From: an uncultured virus (IMG/VR IMGVR_UViG_2061766007_000288)
Taxonomy: Duplodnaviria; Heunggongvirae; Uroviricota; Caudoviricetes
Virus record (IMG/VR): IMGVR_UViG_2061766007_000288
Strand: one strand, 5' to 3'
DNA length: 64,000 nt
Position 1 is the first letter of the stretch. Every line of letters begins with the position of its first letter. The translations under genes were made by a program, and so were the position numbers. The notes under the pieces are model-generated. The model was not told the DNA's origin and made no database searches. It was given only the letters and a program-made list of their open reading frames with translations. This document shows positions 1 through 10,453 of the stretch, in pieces.

Positions 1-188
1 TGCTTCGTACCCGCGTCTACGCCTAGACTGACCCCCTGGACGCCGTTTGGCGTGCCGTAAGTGAGTTGAATTGTGAATGGACGGTAATCGACAACGACTG
101 CATAGCCTTTCCTGAGCAGACGGCGGACCCTGCCGTACCTGGTGGTAGGCATCAGTGGCTCTCCGTATTTCCTCAGTACATAGACCAT
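1..188 (-). CDS. iscB: IscB, N-terminal part (PLMP domain and RuvC-I), cut by window/contig start
   Basis: Minus-strand translation from ATG at 188 gives MVYVLRKYGEPLMPTTRYGRVRRLLRKGYAVVVDYRPFTIQL...VSLGVDAGTK, with the PLMP motif and RuvC-I GVDAG. Not in the ORF track. Confidence 0.93.
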   Translation of the reverse strand, partial: MVYVLRKYGEPLMPTTRYGRVRRLLRKGYAVVVDYRPFTIQLTYGTPNGVQGVSLGVDAGTK

Positions 189-199
189 CTAGTCGTTGT

Positions 200-479
200 C
201 CTTTCTTTGTTTTTGAACCTAACTTAATAGGTAATGCAGGGATTGCTCCCTGTGGGTGGTCATCGACAATGTTAGGAGGGCTTGTCATGAACGCCACACT
301 GCCCCTACCCATCAGGACTGTTTAATGACATTCAACAGAGCTACAGACTTGACCGTACATCCGTAGGTGTTATGGCCTTCCTAACGTAGTTCAGCATATT
401 GCTATGCTTCACTGAGTCTAATCAACTATGAGTCCGGGTTACCCCAAACTCACGGGTCTTTAGCCCGTGGGTAGTTGAT
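200..479 (-). ncRNA. omega-RNA (HEARO-like) scaffold of IscB element
   Basis: Lies directly upstream of iscB. Begins ATCAACTACCCACGGGCTAAAGACCCGTGAG (end hairpin), then GTTGATTAGACTCAG...CTACGTTAGG...AACATTGTCGATG, the typical omega-RNA layout. Confidence 0.85.
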
Positions 480-579
480 CTTCTTGTGGAATGGAAACCG
501 GGCCTGCTTCTCGATGTGCTCGCACATCTCCTTCATGGCGCCGACAGTCAATTCTTGATTTGCTTGCGGAAATTCCATT

Positions 580-837
580 TCATTCTCCTAGAACCAATAG
601 TTCTTTCGTATAGCGCTTGCGAACCCTATCGCACGCGAACTCGTCCTCAAGAAACTCGACCAGTTCTTCCGGTTTCTCGTCCATTTCCATGACTTGCACC
701 AGCGTGAGGTTGTGTTCCTGCATGTATGCACTGATGCCATCGCGTACTTCCCGCAACCTGGAGTTCGCGGAGTTAATTCCATCTAAAATCCCATCGCGGA
801 CAGGATCCATTCTAATCTTGATAGGTTCGTAGCTCAT
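580..837 (-). CDS. hypothetical protein (leaderless start)
   Basis: ATG at 837 is 6 nt after TACATT; MSYEPIKIRMD... Confidence 0.7.
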   Translation of the reverse strand: MSYEPIKIRMDPVRDGILDGINSANSRLREVRDGISAYMQEHNLTLVQVMEMDEKPEELVEFLEDEFACDRVRKRYTKELLVLGE

Positions 838-843
838 GCAACA

Positions 844-872
844 AATGTAGCAAATACGCCACCCGGTGGCAA
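844..872 (-). promoter_or_regulatory. early/host-sigma-type promoter TTGCCA-N17-TACATT (representative of about 20 copies)
   Basis: The same motif, mostly with 17-nt spacing, occurs at 3992-4020(-), 10386-10414(-), 10419-10447(+), 16173-16201(+), 16766-16794(+), 17735-17763(+), 20826-20854(-), 25184-25212(-), 26109-26137(-), 27003-27031(-), about 33500-33530(-), about 34128-34156(-), 47432-47460(+), 58259-58287(-), 60839-60867(-) and 62605-62633(-). Confidence 0.85.
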
Positions 873-880
873 CCAAACCA

Positions 881-888
881 TATAAACT
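881..888 (+). promoter_or_regulatory. putative late promoter TATAAACT (representative of 10 copies)
   Basis: Also at 15687-15694(-), 19492-19499(+), 34587-34594(+, CATAAACT), 38176-38183(-), 43950-43957(-), 44024-44031(+), 44942-44949(+), 48589-48596(+) and 59575-59582(-). Each points into a gene start. Resembles the T4 late promoter TATAAATA. Confidence 0.7.
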
Positions 889-894
889 ACAGGC

Positions 895-1956
895 ATGAAT
901 TTCCTAGAATCCCTACCGCATCTCGACATACCGCGTCCATTCATGGAGGCATGCGCTTCCGGCTATACCGCCATATTCGAAGCCAAGGAAACCAAGATGG
1001 AGAAGGCCATCAAGACGGCATGCAAGATTGCCGGCGTGAAGGACGAGGGCGACCTGTCCGACGGGAACCACACCTTCAACAGCCTGTACCATCAGCGCTG
1101 CATCCTGTTCGCCACATTGGTAAACCTGTTCCCGTCGATTTCGTGGAAGACCAAGAAACACGAGGATGGGAAGCCATGCCATGACGGGAAGAACTTCCTG
1201 GTGTGCATAGAGACGCCGAAGGGACCGTATTCCTACCATTATCCTTTAGAGGACTGGGACATGTTCAAGTGCAAGGAAATCGACAAGGCCAGGAAATTCG
1301 ACGGCCATACAGACAAGGACGTGGAAAGGCTCATCTCGCTTCTGCCAGAACATCTCCCAAAGAGTGTACTGGCCGACATATGGAACCGGAGGGACAGCAG
1401 CGTCTCGAAGTCCAACTACCAAAAACCGGCACCCCTGGTCGAAAGCCAGTACAACACCTACAAGATCGTCCCGAGGAATCAGGTCCGTGCGACCTACAGC
1501 GGCCATGCACTGCACCTGTCCGACGGCACCGTTGTTGACGGGTTTCCCATTGGAATCCGCGGGAAGGTGGAAGTGATTGTGGACGGTGCGGAGAAGGGAA
1601 ATTTCGAGTACAAGCCGTTCAGGTGGCCGACCGATCCGGAAGAACCTGAGCCAATTTATTACCAGTACAAGATTACATCACATATACCCGAGGACAGCTC
1701 GAACAAGCCCGCCAACTATGTGCATTTCACCAACTGTCCGGACGCCGAGAAGCTGGTCCGGTGGGTTTCCTTTTCGAAGGGTGTGCCTATTGTGGAATCG
1801 GTCAAGTATGTGAAGGGACACAAGGATTCCAAGGGCGAAGACGCTCCCTGGACAATCGTGTCGCACAAGACTGGCGAAATACTTTCGTCCCATAAGAGCA
1901 AAAAGGCCGCAGAGGAACATCTGCGGCAAATGGAATACTACAAGCACAAGGGTTAG
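895..1956 (+). CDS. multidomain putative virion head protein with WDGH-like phage domain
   Basis: Contains LSDGNHTFNSLYHQR...YSYHY...FDGHT (WDGH-like). N-terminal leader ends IFEA; LVES and IVES fall between domains. Late promoter upstream. Confidence 0.6.
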   Translation: MNFLESLPHLDIPRPFMEACASGYTAIFEAKETKMEKAIKTACKIAGVKDEGDLSDGNHTFNSLYHQRCILFATLVNLFPSISWKTKKHEDGKPCHDGKNFLVCIETPKGPYSYHYPLEDWDMFKCKEIDKARKFDGHTDKDVERLISLLPEHLPKSVLADIWNRRDSSVSKSNYQKPAPLVESQYNTYKIVPRNQVRATYSGHALHLSDGTVVDGFPIGIRGKVEVIVDGAEKGNFEYKPFRWPTDPEEPEPIYYQYKITSHIPEDSSNKPANYVHFTNCPDAEKLVRWVSFSKGVPIVESVKYVKGHKDSKGEDAPWTIVSHKTGEILSSHKSKKAAEEHLRQMEYYKHKG

Positions 1957-2711
1957 ATCAGGTCCAGAACCTTCCCGATATTCTCCTCGGGAACACCCCC
2001 GTACAAGACATTGTACATCTCATGCTCGAGTTCCGGATGTTCCTCGGGGAACGGCCAGGTAAGCCGATCCTTCAACCACTGGACTTCCTGGTACTGGTTG
2101 TACATGAAGTCCACGAAGCTGCCACGCTTGGTTTCTGCGCGGAACACCTTGAACTTGGCCGCGTTAACCCCGATATAGTAAAAGTCCACCGGCTCCGGGC
2201 CCGTCATGAGCCAAGGGAACCTCAGTAGCAGGTACGCCCTGATAGTGTCCAGGTCATCGTCGAAATCCGGCTTCTTGGGCACGTTCCTGGGGGTCTTGAA
2301 CACTGGAGCATCGGCAGGTTCGTCCTTATTCAACTGAGTAATCTTGAAAATGCCCGTTTTCAGGAAGGAGTCCGGTTCGCAACGGGTGCACAGTTCCCTG
2401 GCCTCGTTGATACGCTGGTTGAACTGGTCCATAATCTTGGCGAAGTTCCCGGTGTTGAGCTTGGCGCCCTGTTCCTTCGCGGCATTGCACTGGGCATCGA
2501 GCTCGCGGTTGATTGCCGTGATGTACTCGCGATAGATATGGATGAGCCATACCTGGTTGTTGAACACCTCGACCAGGTGTGCGAAGTGCTTCAAGAGGGC
2601 ATCCGGGTCATCGGACATGTGGGCCATGCGGTCTATCAGCTGCTTATGGATTTCCTCGTTGTATTCCTTGCATCGCATGGCGAGGATTGTTTTGAGTTCG
2701 GTATCGTTCAC
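1953..2711 (-). CDS. hypothetical protein
   Basis: 252-aa ORF overlapping the upstream stop in operon style. Confidence 0.7.
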   Translation of the reverse strand: MNDTELKTILAMRCKEYNEEIHKQLIDRMAHMSDDPDALLKHFAHLVEVFNNQVWLIHIYREYITAINRELDAQCNAAKEQGAKLNTGNFAKIMDQFNQRINEARELCTRCEPDSFLKTGIFKITQLNKDEPADAPVFKTPRNVPKKPDFDDDLDTIRAYLLLRFPWLMTGPEPVDFYYIGVNAAKFKVFRAETKRGSFVDFMYNQYQEVQWLKDRLTWPFPEEHPELEHEMYNVLYGGVPEENIGKVLDLI

Positions 2712-3682
2712 TTCATCAACTCCTGTAAAGCAGTGAAACGGTCAGCAAAATACGCGGCCAGTATGGCGCCAAAGATTTCAATCTCGGATACGATACCAGA
2801 CTGGTATCCAAAGTCGCTGACATGTTCATGATATTTATCATTGAACACACTTACATCGTTGTTATACACCAACACCTTTCGTTTCTTATCGGGATAATAC
2901 GAGATGAATACCCGGTTGATATTGTACGATTCCTCTCGGATGACATATTCCACGTATGTATGGTCGCCATTCAATTTGTGAATTGACATCTTCGGTAACC
3001 CAAATGATTCCAACTTGTTCATAGCCTTTTCGCAAATGGGAAGGATATCCCGCTTGAACAAGTCGTCCATAGAAAGACCCTTGTTCAACTGCTTGGCTGT
3101 CGTCTTGGTAACCTTGTTGATTTCGTAATCAAGGATGCGTTCCAAGGTGGCAAGGAAATCATCCTTCACCATGCAAGTCTTCTTAATCTTGGACGCATCG
3201 TTAATGCGTACATCAGTATGGCCATACCACCGCTTGGACGGAATCGTTTCCTTGAGTTTCAGGAAGATGTGGTTAGTCAGAGTTTTCGGGGATTGATAAT
3301 ATCCCCACAACGGATGTTCAAACCCAGTTTCACCAGCCTGCTCATACATATACTGCTGGTAAATCCACTCGAACATATCAATGCCGGAACTAATGCATCT
3401 GTCTTTCATATATTCGAGCGAATGATGCTCAATGACATCCGGGTGAATAATAGCATAGGACGCATTGGAAAACCGTTCATCGAACGAATTACCAAGATTT
3501 GCATTCGGCTTGCTCATTTCAAAAATAAGATATCCGTTTGAAAGTTCTTTCAGAAAACTGAATTTTACCGGTATCACATGCGTATTATATACCGTATGAC
3601 GGTCTTCGGTACTGAAGAACCCACCGCCGACTTCCTTGGTCTCAATCCAATCCGTATCGTAATTTTTGCTAAACGGTTCCAT
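2708..3682 (-). CDS. hypothetical protein
   Basis: 324-aa ORF in a minus-strand operon. Confidence 0.75.
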   Translation of the reverse strand: MEPFSKNYDTDWIETKEVGGGFFSTEDRHTVYNTHVIPVKFSFLKELSNGYLIFEMSKPNANLGNSFDERFSNASYAIIHPDVIEHHSLEYMKDRCISSGIDMFEWIYQQYMYEQAGETGFEHPLWGYYQSPKTLTNHIFLKLKETIPSKRWYGHTDVRINDASKIKKTCMVKDDFLATLERILDYEINKVTKTTAKQLNKGLSMDDLFKRDILPICEKAMNKLESFGLPKMSIHKLNGDHTYVEYVIREESYNINRVFISYYPDKKRKVLVYNNDVSVFNDKYHEHVSDFGYQSGIVSEIEIFGAILAAYFADRFTALQELMK

Positions 3683-3985
3683 CTACTTGCCCTCCATGTA
3701 GTCCTTCTCGCGCTGGAAGGATTCTTCCAGTTTCTTTTTCCAGTATTCACCGGAACGAACCCAGAACTCGGCACGCTTCTTGCACTCCTCGTACGGCTTC
3801 CAGTCCACCTCGTCCCACGCCTTGTCCTCGTAAAGCCTGGCTACCTCGATACGGAGACGGCACAGGCCACGGTAGGCCTCGAAGTACGCCTTGGCATTGA
3901 GGGTCATTTCGACCCAGGGATTGCGGATCGGTTCCGAGACGACCATAGTCAGGTCTTTCTGTTCGTATGCGGTATTTTCACTCAT
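3683..3985 (-). CDS. hypothetical protein (leaderless start)
   Basis: ATG 6 nt after TACATT; MSENTAYEQK... Confidence 0.7.
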   Translation of the reverse strand: MSENTAYEQKDLTMVVSEPIRNPWVEMTLNAKAYFEAYRGLCRLRIEVARLYEDKAWDEVDWKPYEECKKRAEFWVRSGEYWKKKLEESFQREKDYMEGK

Positions 3986-4040
3986 GCTCAAAATGTAGCA
4001 TTTTCGCGACCGCATGGCAACAGTAGAGTAGTTTTCGGGT

Positions 4041-4775
4041 ATGGAACCGCAAGTCATTGTCTCGCTTACAAGCTGGAAAGGGCGCATCTACAACGAGCTC
4101 ACCGGCCCCGTTATCTTCTCATACATATCCCAGGAATCCCCGGTACCGTTCAAGGTGGTACTGGTGCTGTCATCTGACGAATTTACCAAGAAAGAGAAGG
4201 AAGTCCCCGAGTGCATCCTGAAAATGGCCAGGGGATGCGACAACTTCGAAATCCTCTGGACCAAAGAAAATACCGGGCCATACAAAAAATTCTTCCCTGT
4301 GAGGAAGAAGTACCCGGACTTGCCGATAATCACCGTGGACGACGATTCCACCGCCTACCCGCACTTCATGAAGACCCTATGGGAACTCCACCGCAAGAAC
4401 CCGGACCGGGTAATCTACGGGTGCGACGGGAAACCCTATTCCTGGATCGGGAAGCGCTCCATCGACTGTGTGAGGTACGGTGTCGCCCTCTATCCGGCGG
4501 GTTCCACCTATGACCTGGATGAACAGTTCGGCATCAAGTATTTCAAGTTCATGGACGACGAGTTCATGCGGCTCCTGTGCCTACTGAACAGGACGCACTA
4601 CGTGTCCATAGATGCCAACTCGGTCCTCATCATAAACGCTTTCGCCCAGGACAAGGCAATCGGGCGTGTTCACGGGCGAGAATTCAAGGAAATCAGTGAA
4701 ATGTGGGGCCGTCTGGAATATGAGCACCCGGAATTGAAGAAAATCTGGGTGGAGAACCGCAAAATTCCTAACTGA
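4041..4775 (+). CDS. GT-A fold glycosyltransferase (paralog 1)
   Basis: VIVSLTSWKGRI, NTGPYKK and IITVDDD (DxD) motifs. Confidence 0.75.
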   Translation: MEPQVIVSLTSWKGRIYNELTGPVIFSYISQESPVPFKVVLVLSSDEFTKKEKEVPECILKMARGCDNFEILWTKENTGPYKKFFPVRKKYPDLPIITVDDDSTAYPHFMKTLWELHRKNPDRVIYGCDGKPYSWIGKRSIDCVRYGVALYPAGSTYDLDEQFGIKYFKFMDDEFMRLLCLLNRTHYVSIDANSVLIINAFAQDKAIGRVHGREFKEISEMWGRLEYEHPELKKIWVENRKIPN

Positions 4776-5205
4776 GCGCCAAATACTCGGGCCCAGAGTC
4801 TGTCATCTCTATGATTTTCCCGATACGGGCATCGAGCATGCTGTTTATCTTACTTATGCGTTCGATTGTTGCATCGGCGCACAGGACTACCGTTCCGTCA
4901 TGCTGAAGTATCGGTTTCGCATAGTAGAACCAGTTCGGCATATCCATTTTTAACATGGCGGCCTTTATCCGAATGGTACGGACAGCGCCCCCGAAGTGCA
5001 GGAGGTACACATATTTGTGCAAATCTTCCTTTGCGCTCTCGGGAATACGGTCGCCGTAGTTGCGTACCCATAGGTCCGCATCGGAAGTCGCGAGCCTACG
5101 CCGTTCAGCTACCCAGTCGTGAGTAATATGCCCCTCGCGTACCATTTCGGAGGCATATTTTTCCAGGTCGGCCCTGTATCTGTCAAATGCTGGATCCTGT
5201 GACAT
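4768..5205 (-). CDS. hypothetical protein
   Basis: 145-aa ORF with AGGAAG upstream. Confidence 0.6.
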   Translation of the reverse strand: MSQDPAFDRYRADLEKYASEMVREGHITHDWVAERRRLATSDADLWVRNYGDRIPESAKEDLHKYVYLLHFGGAVRTIRIKAAMLKMDMPNWFYYAKPILQHDGTVVLCADATIERISKINSMLDARIGKIIEMTDSGPEYLALS

Positions 5206-5661
5206 GATAGCTTCCTATTAGCTAATACCATGTTCCTGCTTGTAGGTGTCAACCACGGTTTCCGGCGCGGCACCTTCGAGATATTTTTCGTGAATCAAAA
5301 ATTCAATGCCGGTTGCAATAAGGGCAATCGGTTGAAATCCATTATCGGTGAAACCTTTCATCGCCCTTTTCATGTATTCCTTTTCGTTCATCCTATGGCT
5401 CCTGTAAGTTTTTGAGAATATCCCACAGTTCTTCCTGCAGCATGCAACGCAACGGTTCCATCCCCTCGGGAAAGAGGATGACCGTCTGTGGCACGTCGTA
5501 CTTGTCCGGTGGACAGAACCGCATGACTAGCTTCTCGCCCACCATGCAGTCGGTGAACCGCCGGTCGCTGATGCGGCTGTGCGTAAACACGATATCATGC
5601 TCGGGAAAGTACCGTTCGCATGCCTCGTAGAAATCCGCCTTCGTGACCACGGGACCGTGCA

Positions 5662-5976
5662 TTACTGGCGCCCCAGGTACATGAAAGTGTCGGAGTTTGC
5701 GGCCCATGTGGCAATGTGTTCCTTGCAGGACGGGCACTCGGTGGCCAAGATGAACCTGGCCTTCCGTTCCGGGTTGTACCATCGGGCCCTCCCGCGCATG
5801 GGGGTGCATTTGTAGACCCACACCTGGTCGAACCCGGACATGAATGCGGCCTGGCAATGTTTGCACTTGAACTCTACACCGTGGCGGATCTCGTTGAACT
5901 TGACATCATCGTCCAGTTCCACATCATATTCACTGGAAATGTCGAGACTGTTCCTTACATCTTGTTCCGATACCAT
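5662..5976 (-). CDS. small Zn-ribbon protein
   Basis: CKHC...CPSC motifs; GGAGG RBS. Confidence 0.6.
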   Translation of the reverse strand: MVSEQDVRNSLDISSEYDVELDDDVKFNEIRHGVEFKCKHCQAAFMSGFDQVWVYKCTPMRGRARWYNPERKARFILATECPSCKEHIATWAANSDTFMYLGRQ

Positions 5977-6440
5977 TTTAACCTCCATACTGAACCACAA
6001 TCGGATGGAATCCAGGATTTTCCTTGCGGAACTTGTAATAGTTATTTACATCTTCCTCGGTGCCATTACGGAGTTCCCTAGTGTACGGGGTACCACGCTT
6101 GATAGCGTCATGCTGAATACCACGGACATACACGGCATTACGGAAATTGTCGATGATTTCATCCTTCGAGAACCTAGCCTTATCTTCCGGAAGAATACCC
6201 ACCCAAGCATCCGGGTTACCGCTATGCTGCGAAGCAAGATATGCCTTGGCTTCCGGGAAGGAAACAACATCCATGCCAGTAAGCTTAGGGTTGATGAAAG
6301 TGAGCCACTTGTCGAAGAACTGCTTCTCAGTATAGCCCTTGATGGCAAGGAATTCCTTGAAAGTACATCCTTCGTCTCCAGTAAGCTCATTTGGAGAGTA
6401 GAGTTGCGCATGCTTGCTACGGTACACTTCNNNNNNNNNN

Positions 6441-7539
6441 TGTAGGCTTTTCCGCGACTACCAAGAAGAAGGTACTTTTCGAAGCAGAATTATTGCTGAG
6501 GTCGGATATCGTAGCCAAGCTGGCTGCACGAAGGGAGTTCCGTCGGACCAGAAGGAACAGGAAAACTCGCTACCGCAAGCCTCGGTTCCTGAACAGGACT
6601 GGGTCCAAGAAGCCGGGATGGATTGCACCTTCCGTAAGACAGAAGGTGGATTGTCATATCCACTGGATTTCGAGAATCTGCAAGTTCTTGCCTATCAAGA
6701 AGATAACGGTGGAAACTGCGCAGTTCGATACCCAGCTGTTGAAGGCCCAGACACAGGGGCTTCCGTTGCCTCAGGGTACCGACTACCAGAAGGGCGAACA
6801 GCTCGGATTCTCTAATGTGCGGGAATACGTGCTGTGTCGAGACGGGCACAAATGCCAGTGCTGCAAGGGAAAGTCCAAGGACAAGAAGCTGCATGTCCAC
6901 CACATCGAGAGTCGGAAGACAGGCGGTGATGCACCTAACAACATTATCACGTTGTGCTCGGAATGCCATGCTAAGTACCACCGTGGAGAAATCGATCTGT
7001 CGAAGACTGCAAGACGTGGTACATCGCTGCGTGACGCGGCACAGATGGGTATCATGCGGAAAGCGCTATTCAACAGGCTGAAGGAGGAAATCGGTGAGGT
7101 AATTCCTTGTTACGATACATATGGTTACATCACCAAACATACCCGCACTAGCCATGGACTTCCGAAGGAACATGTGATAGATGCCCGCTGCATCAGCGGC
7201 AATCCGTGTGCATGTTCAGATGGCAAGTACTGGATTATCCGCAAGTTGCATGTGAACAACAGGCAACTGCACCATGCAACCATTCTTCGGGGCGGCAAGC
7301 GTAGAAACAACCAGGCACCACGTGAAGTAAGGGGATTCCGGCTGATGGATTCCGTCAGGTATGCATACAGGGAGTGCTTTCTGAGCGGACGTAGGATGTC
7401 GGGATCGTTTTCGGTTGCTGATATCACCGGAAAAGTTCTAGCAGATTCGGTCAGTTACAAGAAGCTGACCCTAAAACATCACAACAACACCTACATTATG
7501 GAGGAAGCAGCGCTCCTCATACCCACTAAAGATGGGTGA
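6441..7539 (+). CDS. iscB: IscB, central and C-terminal part (bridge helix, RuvC-II, HNH, RuvC-III)
   Basis: RREFRRTRRNRKTRYRKPRFLNR bridge helix, ITVETAQFD, CQCC...HVHHIESRKTGGDAPNNIITLCSECH (HNH), EHVIDARCI. Right-end hairpin follows the stop. Confidence 0.95.
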
Positions 7540-7560
7540 GTTTCCGCACTGCATACATTT

Positions 7561-7815
7561 ATGAAAATGACTGAGTATCATGTGGGATGCGGACTGGCCG
7601 GTATCTATGCCGGTACCATCAAGAAACCTGGCGAATGGAAGAACAAGAGCGAAGTGACTGGCGAGGCCCTGAGGTCTGTCGCCGAGTTCATGCTTGGGAA
7701 GATTAAACCAGGCGGCAAGGCTTACGAGATTACATGGATCAACAGCGAGACCGGCGAGAAGATTGTCCTTACTTGTCACAGGGAGGCAGGTGATGAAAAA
7801 GATAGGGATAACTGA
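7561..7815 (+). CDS. conserved-looking small phage protein
   Basis: MTEYHVGCGLAGIYAGT...KSEVTGEAL; flanks the IscB right end. Confidence 0.6.
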   Translation: MKMTEYHVGCGLAGIYAGTIKKPGEWKNKSEVTGEALRSVAEFMLGKIKPGGKAYEITWINSETGEKIVLTCHREAGDEKDRDN

Positions 7816-8034
7816 GACATATGACCCGTGCTTTGTTCCTGACTGGGAAACGAAGCTCCTGGAAGCAAACATCGTCATCTCCAAGGAACTCAACGACGAG
7901 ATGATTGAGAAGCTCCTTCTTGTCCAGGACCGTGTAATCTTCCATCATACCGTCACCGGGCAGGGCGGTACTATCCTCGAACCCAATGTCCAGACCCCGG
8001 AACATGAATTTGCACAGTTTAGGAAGCTGCTGTC
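7793..8034 (+). CDS. hypothetical protein, 5' fragment truncated by gap
   Basis: GGAGG RBS; MKKIGITETYDP...HHTVTGQGGTILEPNV. Confidence 0.55.
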
Positions 8035-9667
8035 NNNNNNNNNNGATGATATTGAACGCATCGGTAATATACTGTGCAGAACTGGTCAGCATCTGGTTCC
8101 ATGAGCACACGAAGACAAGACCACAGCAGAAGATATTGTATGGCACACCCTCTTCCATGCGTTTCTTCTCAATCGGGGTGAGATAATACTCGAAGTCATG
8201 CTCATCGAACTGTTCGAGGTCGGCATCTTCCGATTCAACCTCAGGTTCATCCTGAATCGATGGCGCACGGCAATAGTCATTATCTCGCCATGAGCCACTG
8301 CGACAATATGCGATGAACTCCTTATCCTTTTGGCGCCTGATGCGTTCCTCGCGGTCCTCCTGCTCCTGACGGGCCTTTTCTTCCGCCTTTCTCTTGCGAT
8401 ATTCGTTACCGGCATCACGCACCTTCCTGTTCGCCTCTTCAAGACTCATGAAGTGCGGTGCAAGCGACAGCCCGTTCTTGTACAGGTCCATGGTATTTTC
8501 GTTCATACCTCTGCGGGTATCGTCAGAAATGGACTCATATACCTGCATGAGGGTCACGATATCACCAGTCATTTCAGCATGAAGGTTGTCAATGAGCTTA
8601 CGGTACTCATCCAGTTTCTGCTTGTTGATGTCAGTAAGGTACTTGACATCCGGGTCAACTTCAGTATTTTCCGGCATGAAGACATAATCGCGAAGACCGC
8701 TTTGCTTAATCTTGGACCATGCCCTCATCACCCCGCTTGTATCCAAGCTGATATTTCCCCGGTTGATGACAACCGTAAGGTCCTTTCCAAGCTTTTTATA
8801 GCGGATTGTAAATTCAAACTTACCATAGCAATTCATGTCATGGTTCAATCCTTCGAACCTAGTCTTGAGATTACCATTNNNNNNNNNNNNNNNNNNNNNN
8901 NNNNNNNNNNNNNNNNNNNNNNNNNNNNNNNNNNNNNNNNNNNNNNNNNNNNNNNNNNNNNNNNNNNNNNNNNNNNNNNNNNNNNNNNNNNNNNNNNNNN
9001 NNNNNNNNNNNNNNNNNNNNNNNNNNNNNNNNNNNNNNNNNNNNNNNNNNNNNNNNNNNNNNNNNNNNNNNNNNNNNNNNNNNNNNNNNNNNNNNNNNNN
9101 NNNNNNNNNNNNNNNNNNNNNNNNNNNNNNNNNNNNNNNNNNNNNNNNNNNNNNNNNNNNNNNNNNNNNNNNNNNNNNNNNNNNNNNNNNNNNNNNNNNN
9201 NNNNNNNNNNNNNNNNNNNNNNNNNNNNNNNNNNNNNNNNNNNNNNNNNNNNNNNNNNNNNNNNNNNNNNNNNNNNNNNNNNNNNNNNNNNNNNNNNNNN
9301 NNNNNNNNNNNNNNNNNNNNNNNNNNNNNNNNNNNNNNNNNNNNNNNNNNNNNNNNNNNNNNNNNNNNNNNNNNNNNNNNNNNNNNNNNNNCTGGTTGTC
9401 CTCGAAGCAGGGGCCGGGCATTCCCATGTGCATGTGTGCACCGAATTCCGCCATGAACCCCCAAATCGACATCTCCAGTAGCTTCTTGATCTCTCCCCGG
9501 ACATTTACCGTGGTCATATGTTCCTTCATTTCAGCGATGCGTTCATCGAGCTCCTTGGGACTGTAATACTTCTTCTTGTTGTCGCGGATGATTTTCCATG
9601 TGAGCTCGTTGGGCTCGATGTAGACATTGAGATTGGTGTTGATTGATGCGAGCATAGTATTTTCTCC

Positions 9668-10066
9668 TTAGATGTCGCCATTTACTTTTAGCCAGTAGAT
9701 GCCCAACTCGTCTTGGAAAAGCTCGATCTTCGGGCGTTTCTGCAGATATTTGCTGAACGGACGAGAGAAGGCAAGTGTATGCGTGGCAGCAAATTCGCTG
9801 ATATTCTCGCACGGAAGCCAGAACTTTACTTCCGAACTTGCCCAGCATGTTTGGCCTTTGACCCTTTGTGTAAAAGTGTGCCAGTCGAGATGGATGCCGA
9901 ACAGTTCGTACAGCTTCTTCGACAGGTTAATCTTGGTTTGGGAAATATAATTATAGTCTGTGCAGTGGTCCGCGTAGAGGGGGTCACCAGATGGAATTGT
10001 GACAATAATCGGATGGGTGGCGTACTTGTACTGCTCACCGCCTTTCAGATAGTTGTACATAGACAT
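9668..10066 (-). CDS. hypothetical protein downstream of a structured leader
   Basis: GAGG RBS; 132 aa. Confidence 0.65.
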   Translation of the reverse strand: MSMYNYLKGGEQYKYATHPIIVTIPSGDPLYADHCTDYNYISQTKINLSKKLYELFGIHLDWHTFTQRVKGQTCWASSEVKFWLPCENISEFAATHTLAFSRPFSKYLQKRPKIELFQDELGIYWLKVNGDI

Positions 10067-10082
10067 TTCCTCTATAAAAAGA

Positions 10083-10379
10083 AATACCCGCTGCTGATGA
10101 GGCTAAGCGTAGCGGGTTACGCTGCACCACTCGGCATCCCCGCAGGGGATAACCTGGTCGTTGCAAGTTCCACGGGTTTACATCGGGCCATCGCGATGGC
10201 GTAGTTATCGAAACTCGAAAAGCGTTACCGGCCACATTTCTAGGAGAGCGGCGGAAACCTTGGTCTCTTATACGGTCAGACTCCGACCTTCCCATGTCGC
10301 GCTCATGGGTGCACGTACGGGAATTCTGCTGTCATCAACAGCGTTATTTCCCGTAACGCAAGGTGATATCCCTGCGCGT
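10083..10379 (-). ncRNA. unidentified structured ncRNA or 5' leader (about 300 nt)
   Basis: Has its own promoter (10386-10414), consecutive hairpins and no plausible CDS. Confidence 0.6.
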
Positions 10380-10453
10380 ATTCCAAATGTAGCAAAGAAT
10401 GTGACGGTTGGCAACCGGTTGCCGTTCGGTTTGTCATTTGCTACATTTGTTGC

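Noticed and set aside
7769..9655. 628-aa ORF and other gap-spanning ORFs (6391-7539 N-terminus, 30676-31485, 31172-31528, 45073-46863 C-terminus, 12827-13324)
   Set aside because: They read through N runs that join unrelated or inverted contigs, so they are chimeric.
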